DNA of 64,000 bases from Corallococcus interemptor (GTDB taxonomy: Bacteria; Myxococcota; Myxococcia; Myxococcales; Myxococcaceae), in assembly GCF_042231085.1 (NCBI RefSeq), contig NZ_CP102579.1; one strand, given 5' to 3'. The position numbers were made by a program, and so were the translations under genes. Below are positions 26,405 through 38,000 of the stretch, in pieces (the first letter of the stretch is position 1; every line of letters starts with the position of its first letter). The notes beneath the pieces were generated by a model. The model had not been told where the DNA came from, did no database searches, and was given only the letters and a program-made list of their open reading frames with translations.

Positions 26405-28120
26405 ATGAAGGCAAAGAGCTGGGCGCTGGCCGCGCTGCTGGCCACCGCCGTCACCCCCGCCGCGTTCGCGCAGACCCCCACGAGCCCGCTCGTCCCGCTG
26501 GACCTGGAGCGCCTGCGCTTCACGCCGGCGGCGACGGACTCGATGCTGGTGGACACCGGCCGCGTGCTCCCCGAGGGCGGCTACCGCCTGCTCCTCATGG
26601 TCAACTACGAGCGCGGCATCCTGCTGCTCCAGGGCAGTGACGGGCTGGAGCGCTCCATCCTCCACTACCGCACCGCGGGCTGGCTGGCCGGCGCGTGGTC
26701 GCCGGTGGACCGGTTGGAGTTCTCCGCGAAGCTGCCCGTCATCATCGCGCAGGGCGGTCACGGCGCGGAGCAGTTGGTGGGCGTGAGCGAGCCGGACTCG
26801 TTCGGCCTGGGCACGCCGGAGCTGGGCGTGCGCTACGAGCTGCTGCGGCGCGAGGAAGGCGCGCCGGTGTTCCTGGGCCTGGGCCTGGACATCGGGATTC
26901 CGGGAGGCACGGCGGACGCGTTCGGCCGTCAGGCGGGCTGGGCCGGGTTCCAGTTCGCGCCCCGCGTGTCCATCAGCCGCGAGGTGGGCCCCGTGGTGCT
27001 GGGCGCCAACGCGGGCATCCGGATCCGCTCCAAGGAGGTCGAGCCGGGCCGCGACGTCGGCACGGAGTTGGAGCAGGGCGTGGTGGTGGCCACGCGCGGC
27101 AAGGGGCTGCGCGCCGAAGTCGCGCTGCAGGCCGCCGAGTCGCTCGTGGAGTCGGACCTGGCGCTGGAGCTGCTGGGCGGCGTGCGGCTGCCGGTGGGCG
27201 CGGGCTTCGAGGCCTTCGCTCTTGGCGGGCACGGCTTCACGGACATCCCGGGCACGCCGTCGTTCCGGCTGGCCGCGGGCATCGCGTACGCGAACGAGCC
27301 CGAGCCCGTGGACCGCTGCCGCACCGGCCGCAGCCACACGCCGGAGCAGTGCCCCAACGAGGACGACGACGGCGACGGCGTGGCCAACAAGGACGACCGC
27401 TGCCCGCTGGAGGCCGGCTCCGTGGAGAACAACGGCTGCCCGGACAAGGACACGGACGGCGACGGCGTGGTGGACCGCGAGGACCAGTGCCCGAACGAAG
27501 CCGGTCCGTCTTCCGAGCGCGGCTGCCCCGTGAAGGACACGGATGGTGACGGCGTGCCGGACAAGGACGACGCCTGCCCGAACGAGGCCGGTCCGTCTTC
27601 CGAGCGCGGCTGCCCCGTGAAGGACACGGATGGCGACGGCGTGCCGGACAAGGACGACGCCTGCCCGAACGAGGCGGGCCCCGCGTCCGAGCGTGGCTGC
27701 CCCGCGAAGCCGCAGCCCAAGCCCGAGGAGCCCAAGCCCCAGCCGCCTCCCGAGGAGAAGCCCGCGGAGGAGACGAAGTCGCCGCTGGAGCACATCGTCC
27801 AGTTCCCGGTGAACCAGTCGGAGTTCCAGGAGAACGAGCAGCAGCAACTGGATGACATCGTGGCCTACCTGAAGGCGAACCCGAAGCTGAAGGTCCGGAT
27901 CGAAGGCCACACGGACAACAGCGGCCCGGAGGAGGCCAACCGCACGCTGAGCCACCAGCGCGCGAACCGCGTGCGCGCGTACCTCATCCAGAAGGGCATC
28001 GCGGGCTCGCGGCTGGAGGCGAAGGGCTACGGCCCCGACCGTCCGCGCGTGTCCAACGAGACGCCGGAGGGCCGCAGCGCGAACCGCCGCGTGGAGTTCA
28101 TCCCCGTGACGGGGGGCTGA
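26405..28120 (+). CDS. OmpA-family outer-membrane protein with thrombospondin type-3 repeats
   Basis: Signal peptide MKAKSWALAALLATAVTPAAFA. DTDGDGVPDKDDACPNEAG repeats. C-terminal OmpA motif NRTLSHQRANRVRAYL...ANRRVEF. Confidence 0.85.
   Translation: MKAKSWALAALLATAVTPAAFAQTPTSPLVPLDLERLRFTPAATDSMLVDTGRVLPEGGYRLLLMVNYERGILLLQGSDGLERSILHYRTAGWLAGAWSPVDRLEFSAKLPVIIAQGGHGAEQLVGVSEPDSFGLGTPELGVRYELLRREEGAPVFLGLGLDIGIPGGTADAFGRQAGWAGFQFAPRVSISREVGPVVLGANAGIRIRSKEVEPGRDVGTELEQGVVVATRGKGLRAEVALQAAESLVESDLALELLGGVRLPVGAGFEAFALGGHGFTDIPGTPSFRLAAGIAYANEPEPVDRCRTGRSHTPEQCPNEDDDGDGVANKDDRCPLEAGSVENNGCPDKDTDGDGVVDREDQCPNEAGPSSERGCPVKDTDGDGVPDKDDACPNEAGPSSERGCPVKDTDGDGVPDKDDACPNEAGPASERGCPAKPQPKPEEPKPQPPPEEKPAEETKSPLEHIVQFPVNQSEFQENEQQQLDDIVAYLKANPKLKVRIEGHTDNSGPEEANRTLSHQRANRVRAYLIQKGIAGSRLEAKGYGPDRPRVSNETPEGRSANRRVEFIPVTGG
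27503..27676 (+). repeat. two near-identical 87-bp tandem copies (encode 29-aa TSP3 repeats), flanked by diverged copies (about 27416-27700)
   Basis: ggtccgtcttccgagcgcggctgccccgtgaaggacacggatgg(t/c)gacggcgtgccggacaaggacgacgcctgcccgaacgaggc(c/g)g repeated head-to-tail. Confidence 0.85.
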
Positions 28121-28142
28121 CCCTCGCGGGGCCCGACATGAC

Positions 28143-28217
28143 GCCGCTTCGTGGTCCCCCACGAAGCGGCGCGTGAGGTTTCAGTGAGACGGGCGTGGAG
28201 GCTTCCTCCACGCCCGT
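28143..28217 (+). terminator. two GC-rich hairpins between convergent genes (gccgcttcgtgg-tccc-ccacgaagcggc; acgggcgtggagg-ctt-cctccacgcccgt + TTTC)
   Basis: Inverted repeats read directly. They lie between the OmpA stop (28120) and the HAD stop (28224). Confidence 0.55.
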
Positions 28218-28223
28218 TTCGCG

Positions 28224-29006
28224 TCAGGCCTCTTCGGGGTGCAGTTGCACCAGCGCGGGCAGCTCCGCCGCGCGGTCGCGCAGCCGCGCCTTGGGCCGGA
28301 TGGCCACCGGGACGCGGGAGGCCGCGAGCAGCTCCAGGTCGAACACGTTGTCTCCGAACGCCGCGTAGAGCGGCCGGTCCGTCCGCAGCCTCAGGCTGTT
28401 CACCTTGCCGGGGCCATAGGGCACGGGCTCGAAGACAGACGTGAGCAGCCGTCCGCCCTGCTCCTTCGGCGTGCACGCCACCACGAAGTCCGGCGGGATG
28501 CCCACCTCGCGCACGGCGGCCTCCACCACCGCGCGCGGTGACGCGCTGACCACGTAGCAGTCCACGCCCTGCCCCCGGGCCCACTCCACCACGCGGCGGG
28601 CCTCCGGGTGGACGCGGCCGGCCACGCCCCGCCGGGCCACCACGTCGTGGGCGAAGCCGCGCAGCTCCTCCGCGTGCCAGCCGGCGAAGATCCACGCCAT
28701 CATCTCGTAGGTGTCCTTCTCCGGCAGCCGCCCGGCCTCGAACGCCTTGAACAGCGCGTGCGCCAGCGTCACCGCGTCCGGATGCCCCTCCACGCCATGG
28801 CGGGCCCCCAGCGACTCCAGGGCCCCGCGCGCCTCGGGGCGCACGCCGCCGTGCTCCAGCAGGGCCATGAACAGGTCGTCCCCCACGTCCCCGCTCCACA
28901 GCGTGCCGTCGCCATCGAAGGCCAGCACGCCATCCGGCGTCCGCTCCACCTCGCGACGGATGCGCTCCAGCGTCTCCTCGACCCGCTCAGTCCTCATGGC
29001 CGGCAT
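28224..29006 (-). CDS. HAD-superfamily hydrolase (subfamily IB-like)
   Basis: AFDGDGTLW motif I. ...GDNVFDLELL near the C-terminus. Confidence 0.75.
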   Translation of the reverse strand: MPAMRTERVEETLERIRREVERTPDGVLAFDGDGTLWSGDVGDDLFMALLEHGGVRPEARGALESLGARHGVEGHPDAVTLAHALFKAFEAGRLPEKDTYEMMAWIFAGWHAEELRGFAHDVVARRGVAGRVHPEARRVVEWARGQGVDCYVVSASPRAVVEAAVREVGIPPDFVVACTPKEQGGRLLTSVFEPVPYGPGKVNSLRLRTDRPLYAAFGDNVFDLELLAASRVPVAIRPKARLRDRAAELPALVQLHPEEA

Positions 29007-29083
29007 CCTCGCTGGCCGCGCCGTCCGGTGTCACCCGTGTCCGCGCAGCCGGGAGGCGGGCTGTTCACCATCCAGGAGAACGG

Positions 29084-29683
29084 ATGACCAACCTTCAGGG
29101 CATGGCACGAACCGAGAAAGAGAAGATGCTCGCGGGCGAGCTGTACAGCGCCACCGACCCGCAACTGGTGGCCGAGCGGATCCGCGCCCGGAAGCTCCTG
29201 CGCTCCTACAACCAGTCCACCGAGGACGCGTTGCCGCTGCGTGAGAGCCTGCTCGCCGAGCTTCTGGGCAAGGTGGGCGCCGGGACGTGGATCGAACCGC
29301 CGTTCCTCTGCGACTACGGCGAGCACATCCGGCTGGGCGAGCGCGTCTTCATGAACTTCAACTGCGTCATCCTGGACTGCAACACGGTGACGATTGGCGA
29401 CGACGTGTCCTTCGGCCCGGGGGTGCAGGTGTACGCGGCCACGCATCCCCTGGACCCGGATGAGCGCATCAAGGGCCCGGAGCTGGGCCGCGCCATCACC
29501 ATCGGCGCCAAGGTGTGGATTGGCGGCGGGTCCATCATCTGCCCGGGCGTCACCATCGGCGAGGGGACCACCATCGGCGCGGGGAGCGTGGTGACGCGGG
29601 ACATCCCCCCGTATGTCTTCGCCGCCGGCAATCCCTGTCGCGTCATCCGGAACCTCAGCCCACGGCCTGGTGGGTCTCCGTGA
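29084..29683 (+). CDS. maa: sugar O-acetyltransferase (maltose/galactoside acetyltransferase-like, hexapeptide LbH)
   Basis: Hexapeptide repeats IGDDVSFGPGVQVY...IGAKVWIGGGSIICPGVTIGEGTTIGAGSVV. N-terminal Mac domain (EKMLAGELYSATDPQL). Confidence 0.85.
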   Translation: MTNLQGMARTEKEKMLAGELYSATDPQLVAERIRARKLLRSYNQSTEDALPLRESLLAELLGKVGAGTWIEPPFLCDYGEHIRLGERVFMNFNCVILDCNTVTIGDDVSFGPGVQVYAATHPLDPDERIKGPELGRAITIGAKVWIGGGSIICPGVTIGEGTTIGAGSVVTRDIPPYVFAAGNPCRVIRNLSPRPGGSP

Positions 29684-30359
29684 CGCCCTGGTACTTGTAG
29701 GCGCCGCCGTCATACGGGGTGATGGCGTCGTCGGCCTTCTTGGTGCAGGCCGCGGCGGTGGGGTCGAAGGCCTGGAACTGGCCCTTGTCGTCCTTGAACT
29801 CCACCCACGCATGAAGGCCCTGGTCCGTATTGCCGAAGACGACCTGCGCGTCCACGCCGGCCTGCTCGAAGCGCTGCTCGGCCTCGATGGCCATGTCCAC
29901 GCAGACGCCGGACTTGGACGCGTCGAAGTTGCCGGCGTTCTTCATGGCGGCATCCCACGACTTGCCGCCCGAATAGTCATACTTCCAGGACGTGGCCTCC
30001 TTCGCGATGTCCTGGGCCACCGCATCCGCGCTCTTGCCGGAGGACGGGCCCTTCGCGCCCTGCGCCTTGGCCGGCTCGAAGCTGTCGCGCTGCCAGTCCT
30101 GCTGGAAGCGCTGTGAGCCACCGGTGGGCAGCGGGCATCGGGTCTTGACGCCCTCGCCCTTCAGCAGGGCCTCCTTCGTCAGGCCCATGTCCTTCAGCAG
30201 CTTCGCGAACTCCTGGGGCTGCTTCGCGGAGTCCACCGTCTTCACGTGCGAGCCATCCGGGTTGACGACCTTCACCACGACATTCCGCGGGGCCTGCGCG
30301 GCTTCGGGAGAGGGCTTCGCGCACGGGCTGGAGGACGGACGCAGGGAGGAGATCGCCAT
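29655..30359 (-). CDS. transglutaminase-like cysteine-protease-fold protein
   Basis: Start trimmed to MAISSLRP (cat 30357-30359). Cys...His...Asp triad context GVCVDMA / HAWVEF / FDPT. Confidence 0.55.
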   Translation of the reverse strand: MAISSLRPSSSPCAKPSPEAAQAPRNVVVKVVNPDGSHVKTVDSAKQPQEFAKLLKDMGLTKEALLKGEGVKTRCPLPTGGSQRFQQDWQRDSFEPAKAQGAKGPSSGKSADAVAQDIAKEATSWKYDYSGGKSWDAAMKNAGNFDASKSGVCVDMAIEAEQRFEQAGVDAQVVFGNTDQGLHAWVEFKDDKGQFQAFDPTAAACTKKADDAITPYDGGAYKYQGVTETHQAVG

Positions 30360-30528
30360 GGGACAGGGCCTCGAAGGAACAGCGGGGATGCCTGTCCCTT
30401 GAGCACGGCGCGTGCCAGCGCCCGGGGCGCCCAGGGCGAACGCCAAACCCCTGTCTTTCCAGCCTGACCTCCTCAGCGCAGGTCCGCGCCCCTGATGACA
30501 GCCGTGCGCCGGGTGATGTCCGGCGTCA

Positions 30529-31713
30529 TCACCCCGCCGGCTCAGCGGCACCCTCGGGCTCTGGTTCCTCCGGCCCCTCCACGGTGCGCTCCAACGTGCG
30601 AGCGAGCGCGGCCCGTGCCTCCGCCGCCTCTTCGAAGGGCTCATCGCTCCCGGCCCGCGCCGGAGGAGGCACCGTCGCATCCAGTTCGTCGGGGTGCAGG
30701 CGGAACCACTTCGCGACGAGCATCACCTCCTGGGCCTCCTGCGCGCGGAGGCCAATCGCCTCCGGCTCCGGCACGTCGAAGATGGCCCGCACGCGCGCAT
30801 CCAGCGCCGCCTGCTCCTCCGGCGTCCGGGGCGTGGGCACCTCCGCGCGGATCCGCCCCCGCCTGAGGACATACGTGCGATCCTCACCGTCGTACCCGCG
30901 CGCCGTGTAGATCAGCGACAGCCGCCGCAGCGTGCGCCCCAGCTCGACGATCCACGCCTGCACGTTCTCCAGCCGCTCCGCGCGATCCCGCAGCTCCGCC
31001 GCGTATTCGAACTGAAGCCGCCGCGCCGCCATCGCCATGCGCTCGCGCAGGATGACGAGCGGCCGGTCCGACTCGCCGTTGAGGAACGCCCGAGCCAGCG
31101 AGACCTGCGCCAGGTACTCCGCCGTCGTGCACCCGCCCGCGCACGGAGAGAGGCACCGCGCCGTCTGTCCGCGCATGCACCGCGGATCATCCTTCAGCGG
31201 GAAGAGCTGGATCTGATCCGCCAGCCGCATGGGCGTCTCCGACGGGCAGTCGCGAAGCTCCAGCAGGTCGTTCACCGCGCGCACCACGTCCGCCATGGTG
31301 TGCCGGCCGTGGAAGGGCCCGAAGTACTCCGCGCTCCCGCCGCCGCCGGGCTGGCCCACCACGCGCAGCCGGGGCACGGCCTCTCGCGTGAGCTGGAGGA
31401 AGCAGTGCGCGCGGTCGCGCTTGTGCTCCACGTTGTAGAGGGGCCGGTGGCTCTTGATGAGGCGGAACTCATGCAGGAGCGCCGCGAACTCGCTGGCCGT
31501 GTACTCCCACTCCACCTGGTGCGCCTGGGCGACGATCTCCCAGGCTTTCTCGCCCTCGTCCGCGCGGAAGTACGACAACAGCCGCGTGCGCACCCGCACG
31601 GACTTGCCCACGTAGAGCAGCTCCCCGGCGGGACCGAAGAACCGGTACACGCCGGGCCGGTTCTCCGCGTTCGCGCGGACGTGACTCAGGAGGGTGGCGA
31701 CGCGCGGGTCCAT
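30529..31713 (-). CDS. GIY-YIG nuclease-domain protein, UvrC-N-terminal/Cho-like
   Basis: PGVYRFFGPAGELLYVGKSVRVRTRLLSY...EFRLIKSHRPLYN. Confidence 0.8.
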   Translation of the reverse strand: MDPRVATLLSHVRANAENRPGVYRFFGPAGELLYVGKSVRVRTRLLSYFRADEGEKAWEIVAQAHQVEWEYTASEFAALLHEFRLIKSHRPLYNVEHKRDRAHCFLQLTREAVPRLRVVGQPGGGGSAEYFGPFHGRHTMADVVRAVNDLLELRDCPSETPMRLADQIQLFPLKDDPRCMRGQTARCLSPCAGGCTTAEYLAQVSLARAFLNGESDRPLVILRERMAMAARRLQFEYAAELRDRAERLENVQAWIVELGRTLRRLSLIYTARGYDGEDRTYVLRRGRIRAEVPTPRTPEEQAALDARVRAIFDVPEPEAIGLRAQEAQEVMLVAKWFRLHPDELDATVPPPARAGSDEPFEEAAEARAALARTLERTVEGPEEPEPEGAAEPAG

Positions 31714-31845
31714 GCGGCGGAGAGGGCGCCGGGCAACACGGCCCGGGCACCGCAGGCTAACCCGCCACGTCCCCGCGCACCGCCGTTCGCGTGGCGCCCG
31801 TCACAACCCGGCCGGAGGGCGGCCGGCGGGCCACGCGCCCGGACT

Positions 31846-34850
<3,005 letters not shown>

Positions 34851-35023
34851 TCCTTCGTTACTCTTGGCAGTGCCTACGCCGCCCGTTTCCGGTGCATCCG
34901 GAAGCGAGGCGGCGTTTTCGCGTGGGTGTCAATCACCCTCACGGGGGATGCAACCGCAGCGAGGAGTGCGCCAGAACCTGGGTGCCAGGTCGTCCCACCC
35001 ATGACGACCCGGGGGGCACCTCC

Positions 35024-38000
35024 ATGAATCCGCACGACTCGGTCCTGCTGAAAGAGCTTCAGCGGCAACGCACCCGGTTGCTGGATTTGAGCGCAACCAA
35101 CCGACTCCTCAACTTCAAGCACACGGCCCGGACGTCGCTGCGCATTGTGGATGAACTGCCAGGTGTCGTCTTCGAGCGCCTGAGCAACCACCGCGCGCTC
35201 ACGTTCCTTCCGGTGATGCCACCGGAGCAAGCCTCCGAGGAAGAGGAGGACTTCGATCCCGCCGCCGCGACGGTGGTGTTTTCGATGACGACGGAGGAGG
35301 CCCCAAGCAAGGACGCTCGGCAGAAGCTGCTGCTTCAACAGGCGAAGAAGCTGGGCATCGATACCCGGTATGAGCTGCCCAAGGCGGTCCCGGCAGAGAG
35401 CGGCAGCAATCCTCGCAAGCACCAGGATCGCCACCTCCAGACGTTGTACTTCCCGGAGGATCTGGAGAGCCACCTGCACCGACTCCAGGGCCTCGCGCAA
35501 ACGGCCATCCAGGAGACCGGGGCCAATCTGCTCCACTTCGCCTTCGGGTTCCTGCGCTGGTACGAGTCCGGCGACACGCGGCAGGAGAAGCCTCGCAGCG
35601 CTCCACTCGTGCTCATGCCGGTGAGCCTCAAACGCGGCCAAGCCCACCCGGAGACGCAGGTCCACTCCTACGAGGTGGACTACAATGAAGGCGAGTCCAT
35701 CGACTCGAACCTCACGCTCCAGGAGAAGCTGCGGCAGGAGTTCGGCATCACGCTGCCGGCCTTCTCCGCGGAGGAGGGGCTGGAGGCGTACTTCGACAAG
35801 GTGACGGCGCTGCTCAAAGGCCTGCGCCCTGGCTGGAGCCTGGAGCGGCAGGTGACCCTGACGCTCCTGTCCTTCGGGCGGCTCCTGATGTGGCGGGACC
35901 TGGAGCCCAGCCGCTGGCCTCAGAACAGTCCCATGCTGGCGAACCCGCTCGTCCGGACGCTGATGGGAGGACAGGCGGAGGCGAACGAACCTGGCGGAGG
36001 TGGCGGGGGCAGCCGGGAGCGCCGGAGCGAGGTCTACGATTTGGACTCGCAGGAGGTCAATCCGCCGCCACTCATCACGGACGCGGACAGCAGCCAGCAC
36101 AGCGTGTTGGTGGACGTGCTCCGGGGCGAGAATCTGGTGGTGCAAGGGCCGCCCGGCACCGGGAAATCACAGACCATCACCAACCTCATTGGCGCGGCGT
36201 TGGCGGCGGGCAAGACCGTGCTGTTCGTCACGCAGAAGTTGGCGGCGTTGGAGGTCGTCTCACGCCGCCTCCAGCATGCGGGGCTCGGCGAGTTCTGCCT
36301 GGAGTTGCACAGCCACAAGACCCAGAAACAGCAGTTCATGGAGGACCTGCGTCGCCGACTCAACCTGGATGCGAGCGCGACCGATCCCCGCCCGCTCACC
36401 GAACAGGTCTCGAACGCGGCGGGCATCCTGCGCGCGCATACCGAGCGAATGCACAAGCCGTTCGGGACACTCGGCATGTCACCGCATGACGTGTTCTGGA
36501 AGGTCAGTCGCGCGGAATCGGAACTGGGAGACGCGGTCGTGGAGCTGGAAGGCCTCCGCTTCGAGGGCGCCGAAGGCATGTCTACCCATGCGCTATCGGA
36601 GGTTCGCGACGCGGTTCGGAGTCTCGCGGCGCAGCTTGGGGATGTTCGCCGCGTCGCGCCCATCCTCAGTGCCCACCCCTGGGCGGGTGTGACGAACGAT
36701 GCGCTGACCGACAAGGACCGTCAGACACTCGTTCAGCGTATCGCCACCTGGGAGGAGTCCGCGCTGCTCCTGGAGAAGGCGCTGGCGGCCTTCACCGTCC
36801 GCACGGGCGTCACGCCCAGATCGAGCGCACTCGCGGTGGATGCGCTGATCTCCAACGTCCGAGTCCTGCCACGGCTTCCAGAAGGGACTCCCGCGACGCT
36901 GGTCCCTGCCCTGCTCGATTCCACGCAGAGAGAGGGATTACGAGCCCTGCTTGATGCCATTGAAGCGGTCCAGGCCCGGTGGGCGGGGTTGGAGGCAGGC
37001 TGGCGTGCCCAGGAAGACCTGACCGCGTCCGCGCTGCGCGGCGCGGAAGCCGTCCTCGACATGGCCCTGCGTCTGCTCTCGCCTGACACCACGCTCGTGA
37101 CACTGACGCGCGCGCATGAAGCGGTGGAGGCCGCTGCTCGAATCCTGGCGCAGGCTCGCCGGTTCGCGGCCGACGTGGCTTCCCGCCTGGAAGTCGACGT
37201 CACGCGCTGGACGCCCCAGCAACTCCAGTCTTTCGCCCGCGTCGTCGAGGCGATGGCCGCCCTGAACGACACCACTTTGGAGTGGCGGGACCCGTGCTGG
37301 ATCGAACGCGAAGCCGAGGAGACACTTCGGAAGGCTGACAGCACCTGCACGGAATTGAAAGAGCAGGCACGGGCGCTCGCGGTGCGCTTCATGCCCGAAC
37401 TCGTTCCTCCCCTCGCGACGCTCAAGTCCCATGCGGTTGCGGTTTCAACCGCGCCATTCATCCCCTGGCTCTCGAGCGCATGGCGTGCCGCGCGGCGGGA
37501 CTTCCAGGCCATGGCACATGGCGTACGTCCAACAAGGCCCGTACTGGTTCAGGGCTACAACGACCTGCTGGCTCATTACGCGGCACGGGAGCGGTTCCAG
37601 GAGGACGCGACCTTGAAAGCGACCCTTGGCGCCCGCTTCCAGGAAGTCGAGACACGCTTCGACCGAATCCTTTCGTGGTTGGACGCATACCGGACCATCG
37701 ACGCATTGATCCTCCCCATGGGTGAGCGAGGTTTGGGGCTACGCCGAGCAGTGTTGGAGCGTTCCCCGAGCCATTGGCGCGAGATCCTGGCGATGGTCCG
37801 CGCGAAGAGCGAAGAACTGTCCCAGGTCCGAGACGTAAGCACTTTCGTGCAAGAAGCCTCGACGCGCATGGGGCTGCCGAGCGCCCCCTGGAACACCGAG
37901 TCCTGCGGAAAGGCCCAGGACAGCCTCGACGCCCTGCTGAAGCACCTGAGCCAGGTCCTGAACTGGGCACGGAAGGGAGATGCCCCGCCGTCCCTGACCC

